NCBI RefSeq assembly: GCF_006345805.1
Contig: NC_043019.1
Coordinates: forward strand, 20,025,360-20,089,359
Length of the DNA stretch: 64,000 nucleotides
Origin: Octopus sinensis
Taxonomy: Eukaryota
Direction of reading: 5' to 3'
The position numbers were made by a program, and so were the translations under genes. The notes under the pieces are model-generated. The model ran no database searches and was not told where the DNA came from. It worked only from the letters and a program-made list of their open reading frames with translations. Every line of letters begins with the position of its first letter. Position 1 is the stretch's first letter. This document shows positions 52,055 through 62,931 of the stretch, in pieces.

Positions 52055-52240
52055 CAAAATGTATTTAAAGGATATATTTGATATTTTAGCATATAAGTTA
52101 ATTTGCAAATAAGTTAATATCCAAAGAATTTAATGTCCAGTATTCGATTGTTCAAAGTTATGTTGTAAACGGTCCGATCCATATACAGCTCTCTCTCTCC
52201 TATTTTTTACTATCAACGCAATGCCGTGAAAAAAAAAACC

Positions 52241-52254
52241 GTTGTCTAGGCAAC
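52241..52254. promoter_or_regulatory. RFX X-box-like motif GTTGTCTAGGCAAC
   Basis: One mismatch from the palindrome GTTGCCTAGGCAAC, in a repeat-free island of the last ABAT intron. Confidence 0.4.
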
Positions 52255-52422
52255 GTCGGCTCAACTCTGCCTAAAAAGTCGTTATATATCTCGCATCACA
52301 AACGCTTATCTCCCCTCAACCAGATTTTGAAGCTTTATTCAGAAAACAGATTCTGAGTTCTCTCCCTTCACTATATTTTCTCGTTATTTGCACTGATGGA
52401 GTGTAATCCATGTTTTATATCT

Positions 52423-52654
52423 ATTTCTTTACTACCCACAACGGCCTAAACACAGAGGAGACAAACAAGGACAGACAAACGGATTAAGTCAATTACATCG
52501 ACCCCAGTGCGTAACTGGTACTTAATTTATCGACCCCGAAAGGATGAAAGGCAAAGTTGACCTCGGCGGAATTTGAACTCAGAACGTAACGGCAGACGAA
52601 ATACGGCTACGCATTTCGCCCGGCGTGCTAACGTTTCTGCCAGCTCGCCGCCTT
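52423..52654 (-). mobile_element. Family A SINE
   Basis: Matches the other family A copies. Further minus copies at 20085-20285, 55066-55222 and 58428-58645 (17-bp TSD AAGAAGCAAGCTAATTA). Confidence 0.85.
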
Positions 52655-52969
52655 GCACATTTTATATATACATTTTATATACATTAAATCCATGTTTTAT
52701 ATATGCATATGTATGTATGTATGTGTGTGTGTGTGTGTGTGTGTCTTTGTGCTTGTTTTCCAGCACCGCCAATTCATAACCGCTACTGGTTTGTTTACAT
52801 CCTATTACGTAGCGCTTTCTGCAAAAATAAGTACCAGTATAAACCAGTAAGTACTGGAGATGTGTATTTGTTTGACTAAGACCCTTCGAACTAGTGCTCC
52901 AGCATGACCGCAGTGAAAATAACTGAATCAAGTTAAAAGAAAAGCAATAACAGAAAGAGTAATACCAAC

Positions 52970-53081
52970 CTTTATTCCTGATGTCAACGATTGCTTTATC
53001 TCTGGCCTCTATAGTTGGGAAGTCAATAGCACAGTATGTACCGATACCTCGGGCATTTTGAAGAACCCCTGGGTAGTCTTT
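52970..53081 (-). CDS. ABAT: ABAT-like exon (112 nt)
   Basis: KDYPGVLQNARGIGTYCAIDFPTIEARDKAIVDIRNK(G). TTCTACAG acceptor, G|GTTGGT donor. Confidence 0.94.
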
Positions 53082-54052
53082 CTGTAGAATTGAAAAGTGT
53101 ATACCACGTTTTATATAATGGTAACATTAAGTCTGTAATATTTATACATTATAGAAAAACACACATACACATATATATTCAGCTCTTTATGTCTTGAAAG
53201 ATGATCTAAGCAGTGGAGAATGTCTTAAGTATTCATATTCTTCATATTCTTCTTCCTTAGTGAGTAAAGGAGTCAAACATATATATTCTTATGTTTATAT
53301 ATTTGTTTTGCAAGATTCTTGATTTGAAATAGTGTGTTGAAACAGATGTTGTTGTATTTAGGAATGGTCATTTTGCCAGTTTAGCCAATAAAAACGCCAA
53401 TAAAAGCAGCGGACTCGAGGTCGAGGGATCGTGGGTTCGAATCTCAGACCGTGCGATGTGTGTGTTTATGAGCGGCTCCGGCAGAAGTTAATGGTGAACT
53501 TCTGCTGACAATTTCGCCACAACTTTCTCTCACTCTTTCCTCCTGCATCTTGCAGCTCACCTGCGACGGACCGGCGTCCCATCCAGGTGGGGCACCTATA
53601 TGCCAGGGGAAACCGGAAAACTGGCCCTTATGATCCAGGCGTGGCTCAAGAAGGAACAAACAACAAAACATCATCTTTCTAGGAGAGGGAGACTCTGAGA
53701 GAAAACCTCCGATACTGACAATATTCAGTGACGTAGATGAGTTCTTCTTTTCGAGTTTATGTTGTCCATATTCAGAGAGTGGGATTGGATTTGTACAAAT
53801 CCTTTCCTCATGCACTGGCATCTCTTGAAAAAAAAGGTAAGACCTATTACGAGAATGACTGGTTATAGTCTTCGCATGTGTGGGACTTTTGACCAGGCGT
53901 TGGCAATACTCAAATACGAGTTTGCAACCATCATGTGTGTGTGTGTGTGTGTGCATATGCATATACAAGCTATCTATTTCCACTTGCAAAGTCTTCTTAG
54001 AATCTCTCCATAAGTTTTGTGTGCGTGTGTGTGTGTAGTGAATTAACACACA

Positions 54053-54416
54053 CTAGCACTATGGCACAGCAACGCCGGGTCATAGTGCTAGTGCATTCAT
54101 ATACAGCTGCGTGCGTGCACACATACGCACAAGTACTGTCCAAATCTCTGACCAATCACATACAGCTAGCTGGCATTCAATTGGCGTATCAAGTTTCAGG
54201 CATTTTGATTGGGTTTTGGATAGAAAATTCACCAAAAGTCACTTCTATTGATTTTTTAATGGTTTTGCGGGGTGACTGGGGAAATGTAAAGATGTGCATG
54301 ACCACCCTTTGACAGTTTTGAATGACCATAGAAAGTGCGAACCCTCTAACTGAAAAATTGTGGATTTTTATAAAGGACACACACACAGACAAATTTGCCG
54401 TTTATATATATAAAGA
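54053..54416 (-). mobile_element. Non-autonomous Helitron with fold-back 3' end
   Basis: A|TCTTTATATAT 5' end, CTAG|T 3' end, 13-bp inverted repeat at 54051-54063 / 54081-54093. Confidence 0.7.
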
Positions 54417-54429
54417 TAACAGTACTAAC

Positions 54430-54576
54430 CTCAATAATTTTCAGACCATCCACCAGATACTTCCCAGTGTCATTGACCACGGACAACAGATTCTCTTCTT
54501 TCATCACCTTCACCACCTCCTCCAGCAGGATAACTTTGGCAGGGTCACCAAGCCAAGTGTTGTAGATCCTTCCAGG
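54430..54576 (-). CDS. ABAT: ABAT-like exon (147 nt)
   Basis: PGRIYNTWLGDPAKVILLEEVVKVMKEENLLSVVNDTGKYLVDGLKIIE. CAACAG acceptor, GAG|GTTAGT donor. Confidence 0.95.
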
Positions 54577-54799
54577 CTGTTGAGATGAAATATAAAAATG
54601 ATATGCTTCTATTGCAATCATCATACTGCTAGTATAATGTGTTTGTGTTTGTGTGCATCTGCTCTGTTGTAGAGGTCAGCTGCCCATCGGATGTCAATGT
54701 ACCATCAAAAGTCCAGTAAAAAGAGAACATTTATATTGGATTACTATGGAACTTACTGCTCTTGCACCCTGACTATAAATTCTCATTTATACCTATCAT

Positions 54800-55430
54800 C
54801 ATAGGTGGTATGATGGTCAGGCCATGGAAAGTTCCGATGGCCTTAAGATGACATTGAAAACATGTTACCTTCTTAAAGGACAATTTCCAACTGTGATTCA
54901 AAAAGCAAAAAACATTCATTCAAGAGAAAGCTGGTCTTCATGCAAAATAATGCCTTGTCTCATGCAGTGAAGAATTCTAAGGAATACCTGCGGCAAATAG
55001 GCTTCTCTGGAGGCCGTTTAATGGAGTGGCCATCTTGTTCCCCTAACTTAAACCTGATCAAGTACCTATTTCTTTATTACCCACAAGGGGCTAAACACAG
55101 AGCGGACAAACAAGGACAGACATAGGTATTAAGTCGATTACATCGACACCAGTGCGTAACTGGTACTTAATTTATCGACCCCGAAAGGATGAAAAGCAAA
55201 GTCGACCTCAGCGGAATTTGAAGTTCCTGACCGAGTACCTGTGGAGTGTCCTGAAGAGGTGTGTTTACCAAGATGGATGGCAGTTTTCAAGTAAAGTTGC
55301 CCTCTGGGATGCTATTGTAGATGCTGCTCAAAGCACAATACAAAAGGATACCATAACCTTGGCAAATTCAATGGATCAGCATGTAAGGCAGGTTATTGCA
55401 TGTGGAGGATCATCCATCAAACATTAGGAG
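54800..55430 (+). mobile_element. Tc1 transposase relic interrupted by a family A SINE
   Basis: FMQNNA..H...MEWPSCSPNLNLI|EYLWSVLKRCVY. Confidence 0.82.
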
Positions 55431-55597
55431 CTGTATGACATCATAATCCCAGGATTATTTTCATTCAAATGTATTATTATTCTGTTGTGTCTGGGGAGAG
55501 TCATTTTCTTTTTGTACCTTATAATATAACACACTTACTGGTAAACATTAAATAGATATTCGCAAACAGGTCTCTCCTCATCGTAAACCAGTGATTA

Positions 55598-55644
55598 GTG
55601 TGTGTTGACAAGAGACAATAATCTCGAAACTGCAGTTCATGCGT
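55598..55644 (+). ncRNA. Decayed type I hammerhead motif
   Basis: GTGTGTG-TTGACAA-GAGA-CAATAA-TCTC-GAAA-CTGCAG-TT-CATGCGT. All helices are present, but the core has two transitions relative to CTGACGA. Confidence 0.5.
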
Positions 55645-56630
55645 ACCACTTAGGTTTTCGAGAGGGGATGACCTCCCTTTGCAAATATCATAAGGGCACA
55701 GAAATTGTGTCTAAAGCCAGCTGGAGACGATGATCTCCTGGGGCTAAAAAGCTACAGTAACACCCACCCCTAGTGGTTAGCCATATTGAGATGGCTAGTA
55801 TACTTTACGTTTCTTATTTTTATTATCCTAAAAATTTTCATTGCGTCTTGCAACCTTTTCAATGATTTTGACTCTTATTATTATGTTTACCATTAAATCC
55901 TTTATGAACAAATTTTTGTTAAACCTTCACTGTTGAATTAAATAAATGTTTGTTCTGACACAACTATCGTTTTTTTAAAACTTGTCTAATAATTTGTGGT
56001 GGTGAAAATGTCACAAAAATGACTGTCATTTGTTGGTGTCTGCGCAGATCCGATTTATTTTAACAAAATGTGAACAGATAGGTGCTGCCAACAGTCAGAG
56101 GGAAAACAACTGGTTTTGAATGAATGGACATTTATCTATTGAGAGAAGGTTGATTTGCCTAATAATGTGGAACACAGTGTATATATACAATGGGATTTTT
56201 TCAGTTTTTGTCTATTAGATCCACTCACAAAACTTTGGTCAGCCCGAAGCTATAGCAGAAGACACTTTCCCAAGGTGCCACGCAGTGGGACTGAACCCGG
56301 AACCATGTGGTTGGTAAGCAAGCTACTTACCACACAGCTACTCCTGCACCTATCTATCTATCTATCTACATCTATCTATTGAGAGAAGGTTGATTTGCCT
56401 AATAATGTGGAACGCAGTGTATATATACAATGGGCTTTTTTCAGTTTTTGTTGATTAGATCCACTCACAAGACTTAGGTCAGCCTGGGGCTATAGTAGAA
56501 GACACTTTCCCAAGGCGCCACTCAGCGGGACTGAACTCATAATCATGTGGTTGGGAAGCAAACATCTTACCGCAGTGCCACATTTACAATGTCCTTCTTG
56601 AACCTACTAGAAACAATGAAAGTAACTCAC

Positions 56631-56798
56631 CTCTGATGGCCTCAGATGTTCCTTGTAGAAAAACCCTCCAGTCAACATTTTCTTGCTGAAGGTCACGATG
56701 TCTGGGGCCTCACGCAGATTGAAGTGCTCATGGGCCCAGAATTTACCTGTCTGGCCACACCCAGTTTGAACTTCATCCATCAAAAATTGGATATTGTA
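56631..56798 (-). CDS. ABAT: ABAT-like exon (168 nt) with PLP-binding lysine
   Basis: [56 protein letters not shown]. Class-III aminotransferase DEVQTG and TFSKK motifs; Lys codon at 56682-56684. Confidence 0.96.
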
Positions 56799-58675
56799 CT
56801 GCAAGAGAGTGAAACATGAAAGTAGACAGTGTCATCATTTTTGTTATCATTTCATGTCCAGTTTTCCATACTTTCATGGATTGGACAGAGTTTATTGAGG
56901 CAGATTTTCAGTGATTAGAAGCTCTTCCTGTTGCTAACCCTTACCTATTTCCAAGTAAAGTAATATTTCAGAATATTGGAAATGAATGAGACACACACAC
57001 ATACACACATGTGATGGACTTCTTTCAGTATATATACATATATACTCTTTACTCTTACTCTTTTACTTGTTTCAGTCATTTGACTGCAGCCATGCTGGAG
57101 CACCGCCTTTAGTCAAGCAAATCGACCCCAGGACTTATTCTTTGTAAGCCTAGTACTTATTCTATCAGTCTCTTTTACCGAACCGCTAAGTTACGGGGAC
57201 GTAAACACACCAGCATCGGTAGTCAAGCGATGTTGGGGGGACAAACACAGACACACAAACACACACACACATATATACATACATATATATATATATATAT
57301 ACGACGGGCTTCTTTCAGTTTCCGTCTGCCAAATCCACTCACAAGGATTTGGTTGGCCTGAGGCTATAGTAAAAGACACTTGCCCAAGGTGCCATGCAGT
57401 GAGAATGAACCAGGAACCATGTGGTTGGTAAGCAAGCTACTTACTACACAGCCACTCCTGCTGTATAGGATTTATGATTTATATATATTTATATATATGA
57501 TTTATATAAATGATTTCAGTATATATATATATATATTTATATATATATGATTTAGTTATGAGGATTCATCAAAGCACATCAACATAGAGGATGCCAGAAA
57601 TGGCTAGGTACAATCCCAGAGAGCTCACAGTGTAATTACACAACATTGTAGACTTCAAGTGTTGGCAGAATATGCAAGTATCAAGTACCAAACATATGGT
57701 CTGGCATAGTTATAAAAAAAAGCAAACATAAATGGCATGTAAAATTTGTAACAGGTGTTTTGGTGGAATTTTATTTAATGTAAAATATTACATAATAATA
57801 TACAATCCACCATTGTCAGGTAAAATTAAATAAAATTCTACTGAAGCAGCTGTCACGCATTTTAAACCTGTAGCGATATTGATATCCTCACCATTTGAGA
57901 GACACAATAAGAATGATCTCGTTTGAGATTACAACCATCTTTGGCTAGTTGACCCTGTTGTGTTCACTGCTCTGATTGGTTGGCATCTGGCGCAGTTTGT
58001 CTCCCTACTTATTTCGCGCCAGAGTGTAAAGCCAACCAATCACGGCCTTCGGATAAAGCCTGCTTCATTTGAGCCTACCACAGGCTTTATAAAGTGCTTG
58101 CTTTCACTATTCTTTGTCTTTTGGTTTTAGACCTTTTAAGGTCTAATCACTGACCACAGAGCTACTCAGCCATGTTCCAGTTCCAGCGACAGATGACCAG
58201 CCTGCCAGCCATGCTACTGTTCCAGCTATGAAGATTTTATTGTACACCCGCTACGCAGGACGATCTCCATCTCCGCCGCTGTCATCACCATCGTCGTACT
58301 TCAACTCTATGTCGCTGGAACTGGAACATGGCTGAGTATCTCTGTGATCAGTGACTAGGCCTTAAAAGGTCTAAAGCCGAAAGATGAAGAATAGTGAGAT
58401 CACATGGTTAAGAAGCAAGCTAATTATATTTCTTTATTGCCCACAAGGGGCTAAACATAGAGGGGACAAATAAGGACAGACAAAGGGACTAAGTCGATTA
58501 CATCGACCTCAGTGCGTGACTGGTACTTAATTTATCGACCCCGAAAGGATGAAAAGTAAAGTCGACCTCGGCAAAATTCGAACTCTGACAAAATATCGCT
58601 AAGCATTTCGACCGTTGAGCTAACGTTTCTGCCAGCTCACCGCAAGAAGCAAGCTAATTAGCCACACAACTGTGG

Positions 58676-59011
58676 GAAGCACTCCGTCGGTTACGGCGAC
58701 GAGGGTTCCGGTTGATCCAATCAACGGAACAGCCTGCTCGTGAAATTAACGTGTAAGTGGCTGAGCACTCCACAGACACGTGTACCCTTAACGTAGTTCT
58801 CAGGGATATTCAGCGTGACACAGAGAGTGACAAGGCCGGCCCTTTGAAATACAGGTACAACAGAAACAGGAAGTAAGAGTGAGAGAAAGTTGTGGTGAAA
58901 GAGTAGGTGTTTTCGCTCAATAAACACTCACAACGCCCGGTCTGGAAATCGAAACCGCGATCCTACGACTGCGAGTCCGCTGCCCTAACCACTGGGCCAT
59001 TGCGCCTCCAC
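58676..59011 (-). mobile_element. Family C SINE with internal deletion
   Basis: Lacks the AAAGCTCCAC...CCCTGC segment present in other copies. Confidence 0.85.
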
Positions 59012-59151
59012 TGCCACACAACTACACTTGTGCCTATAACAACAATGTTAAAATGTTATGCTGTAAGAAAATGGAGAGAGAGAGAGGAAAGAATATGGTG
59101 TAAGAATATGTTGTTTATACAGCAACAGTACCAAGTGTGTAGAAATTTTAC

Positions 59152-59289
59152 CTTCTTCGTAATATCCTGAAGTCCCTGGAAGAAAAACGGTGAGGCATGA
59201 TTGTCCCCTCCTTCTCCTTGGATTGCTTCTACAGCGACCCCTACCACTGTCTTTCCAGCTTTGTTGTAGTTAAAGATGAGATCTTCAGC
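59152..59289 (-). CDS. ABAT: ABAT-like exon (138 nt)
   Basis: AEDLIFNYNKAGKTVVGVAVEAIQGEGGDNHASPFFFQGLQDITKK. ATTCAG acceptor, AAG|GTAAAA donor. Confidence 0.95.
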
Positions 59290-59333
59290 CTGAATTGAAG
59301 AAACACGATTGATTAGTTTGTATTCACTTCAGG

Positions 59334-59364
<31 letters not shown>

Positions 59365-59706
59365 ACTGAGATGTGTATGTATGTGTGTTTGTGAGTGTAT
59401 ACGTGCATTTGTGGGTATATTAGTATATTGGTGTCTGTGTGCTGTAAGTATCTACTTTAGATTAAAAACCTTCCACCCAAATATCTCTCTTTACTCTCTT
59501 TTACTTGTTTCAGTCATTTGACTGCGGCCATGCTGGAGCACCGCCTTTAATCGAGCAACTCAACCCCGGGACTTATTATTTTGTAAGCCCAGCACTTATT
59601 CTATCGGCCTCTTTTGCCGAACCGCTAAGTAATGGGGACACAAATACACCAGCATCGGTTGTCAAGCAATGCTAGGGGGACAAACACAGACACACAAACA
59701 CACACA

Positions 59707-59740
<34 letters not shown>

Positions 59741-60157
59741 ACGGGCTTCTTTCAGTTTCCATCTACCAAATCCACTTACAAGGTTTTGGTCGGCCCGAGG
59801 CTATAGTAGAAGACACTTGCCCAAGGTGCCACGCAGTGGGACTGAACCCGGAATCATGTGGTTGGTAAACAAGCTACTTACCACACAGCCACTCCTGCGC
59901 CTATTTCTCTTTAATTTATGCCCCAAACAGCTGCTTACTACTACTACTACTATTTCACTAAATTTCACTAAATTCTTCCTTATTCTTGCAATTAATTGAA
60001 ACGAAAAGATAGTGTACTTCAACAACAGAAATATGGCAAGAAAAGAAGGGTTAGGTATTTTCAAGTAAACCATTTGTGTAGAGAAGGTTCTTACTGAAAA
60101 TAAAAAGAGAATTTTACCCTACAATGTGACAATAATTGACAGATATAGAGACATTAC

Positions 60158-60306
60158 CTCTTCCAAACATCTCTGTTCTTCTTCCCTGTTCTCTCTCGTG
60201 AATTCTTCCAGCGGATATCTCAGTCGGGGAAATGATGCCATGGGCCAATCCAGTTGAGGGAAATCCAGTTTATGAATCCACTTGGCGTGGGTCATATTAA
60301 GGGCTC
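60158..60306 (-). CDS. ABAT: ABAT-like exon (149 nt)
   Basis: (G)[58 protein letters not shown] acceptor, GAG|GTAATG donor. Confidence 0.95.
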
Positions 60307-61300
60307 CTGGAAAAATATAAAAAATTAGTATGATAGTGGTGGTGGTAATGGTTGTAGTGGATGTTGTAGTAATTTTGATAGTGGTGGTTGTAGTAGTTTT
60401 GGTAGTGGTGGTGGTGGTGGTGGTGGTGGTGGTGGTATTGATCTATTGCATTTCAATCTGTTTTAGGGTTAGGGTTAGGGTTAGGGGCGGGGTTAGGGTT
60501 AGGGCTTAGGGGTGGGGAAAGGGTATCTTTTTTTCTTCGCAAATGTAAATAAACCCAATCTGTTTCTTAAAGGAGGGACATATTCATACGGCACGGAATG
60601 TTGTTTACCTAAATGGAGGTCAGCGATTGGTTAAAATTGCCGAAATGCTCGATTTTAAAGTGGAAATATCTTAGAAACTATAGAATTTTCTCAATAAAGC
60701 CAAGAAAAAATGATGTTTTATAAACACATTCTACTAGTATACGAAGTTTAAAAGTGTTTAGTTAACTAGAAATTGTGTGGAAAACTGCCATTCAAAAGGA
60801 AAAGATCCCAGTTAATATTATAAAGGGGGAAGTCAGTTTATGGGGTTACCTTGGGTAATAAGGGGTTTAGCTTTATGGTGTATCTTGAGACCTCAAACAC
60901 TGCTGGCCTAAGACCTCTTCAAAATATGGTTGTAGTGGATATTGTAGTAATGGTGATGGTGGTGGTTGTAGTAGTTTTGGTAGTGGTGGTGGTGGTGTTG
61001 GTAGTAGTACAGGTGCATGGGCCCGGGAATAGGGGGTGCAGGTGGTGCAAGCGCACCCCCTAGAATTTTTGTGGAGTGCAGAACCAAAATTTGCAGCCCT
61101 ACATATTTTCCTCGGGTTTAGAAAAGGGTAAATAAAAAGTGATGTGTAAAAAGTAGCTTGAAGTTAGGTTCCTTCTCAAAGAACAAAACACAAAAAAAAA
61201 GACCTTGTTTGTAAATATTTTTGGACCTGGGTTTGCGCCCCCTAAGCAAATTTCATTCCCAAGCAAGTGTACAGGCGCCAATATGAAACAACAAACTCAC

Positions 61301-61430
61301 CCATTGTTCTTCCATGTAATGATCCACTAAAAGACAACAATGTCAAATTGTTTGGTGAACCAGGATGCTGGCCCTTAATGCACGACTGTAATTCTTCTCT
61401 TGTTGGTGGTTTTCCATCTCGGACTTTTTT
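61301..61430 (-). CDS. ABAT: ABAT-like exon (130 nt)
   Basis: KKVRDGKPPTREELQSCIKGQHPGSPNNLTLLSFSGSLHGRTM(G). TTTACAG acceptor, G|GTGAGT donor. Confidence 0.92.
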
Positions 61431-61572
61431 CTGTAAATAGTAACAGCATATGTAGTAGTAGTAGTAATAGCAGCAACAGTGGTGGTAAAGATTATGATGA
61501 TGGTGGTGATGGTGATGGAGTAGGTGGTGACAGTGGGATTAACAAGTGTAGGGGTAATGATGGTAATGATGT

Positions 61573-61990
61573 AAGGCGGTGAGCTGGCAGAAACGTTAGC
61601 ACGCCGGGCGAAATGCGTAGCCGTATTTCGTCTTCCGTTACGTTCTGAGTTCAAATTCCACCAAGGTTGACTTTGCCTTTCATCCTTTCGGGGTCGATAA
61701 AATTAAGTACCAGTTACCCACTGGGGTCGATGTAATCGACTTTATCTGTTTGTCTGTCCTTGTTTGTCCTCTCTGTGTTTAGCCCCTTGTGGGTAGTAAA
61801 GAAATAGGTATTTCGTCTGCTGTTACGTTCTGAGTTCAAATTCCGCCGAGGTCGACTTTGCCTTTCATCCTTTCGGGGTCGATAAATTAAGTACCAGTTA
61901 CGCACTGGGGTCGATGTAATCGACTTAATACCTATGTCTGTCCTTGTTTGTCCCCTCTGTGTTTAGCCCCTTGTGGGTAGTAAAGAATTA
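61573..61990 (+). mobile_element. Family A SINE head-to-tail dimer
   Basis: Junction AAAGAAATAG|GTATTTCGTC; 14-bp TSD GGTAATGATGTAAG at 61562-61575 / 61991-62004. Confidence 0.88.
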
Positions 61991-62239
61991 GGTAATGATG
62001 TAAGAGTAGCAGTAGTGGTGGTGGTGGTGGTAGTGGTTGTAGTAACAGCATGTAACAGGATGAGACAGTATACAACATGTACAGGATCCAACATGTATGA
62101 GAGAGGCTGACTAGGACTCACATGAAGTGGAAGAATCCTGTCAGTGCCAACAGAATTTTGTGACAGTAGACACAAAAATGATACAAAATACAAGGTGACA
62201 GGACTTTGTGATACAGGATTTAGTGAGATGGGATTTTGT

Positions 62240-62706
62240 ATGGAAATTGTAGTTGTGATACCTGAGCCAGTGGCACGTAAAATGCACCATCCATATGTGG
62301 CCAATGCCAGTGCCGCCTTGACTGACTTCCGTGTCGGTGGCACGTAAAAAGCACCAACTGATTGTGGCCGTTGCCAGCCTCCCCTGGCACCTGTGCCAGT
62401 GGCATATAGAAAGCACCATCCGTATGTGGCTGATGCCAGCGCCACCTTGACTGGCTTCCGTGCCGGTGGCACATAAAAAGCACCAACCGATCGTGGCTGT
62501 TGCCAGCCTCCCCTGGCACCTGTGCCAGTGGCACGTAAGAAGCACCCACTACACTCACAGAGTGGTTGGCATTAGGAAGGGCATCCAGCTGTAGAAACAC
62601 TACCATATCAAGACTGGAGCCTGGTGCAGCCTCCTGGCTTCCCAGACCCCAGTCAAACCGTCCAACCCATACTAGCATGGAAAACGGAGTTAAACGATGA
62701 TGATGT
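62240..62706 (+). mobile_element. Family D RTE-tail element
   Basis: Internal repeats and (GAT)n tail. Confidence 0.8.
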
Positions 62707-62931
62707 GTTACTTAGTGACATTGGATGCAGAGTGACAGGACTTTGTGACAGTACAGTGTAACTTTGACGCTAAATTTAGTGTGACAGAATTTTGTGACAT
62801 TGGATGGAGAGACAGTGATCAGAGAGACAGTACAGAGTACAAAACAATGGAGTACATAATCCACAGACAACAGAATTGTAACAGGAAAAAGTTAAACTAT
62901 AAATGTCACGGTGGCGCATTATGTCACTTAC

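Noticed and set aside
53444-54049. 201-aa minus-strand ORF
   Set aside because: It runs through a (CA)n tract and a SINE with no recognisable domain. Only the central segment is kept as a low-interest finding.
60463-60517. TTAGGG tract as a chromosome end or fusion scar
   Set aside because: It is short, degenerate and internal to a MITE that has another copy at 51631.
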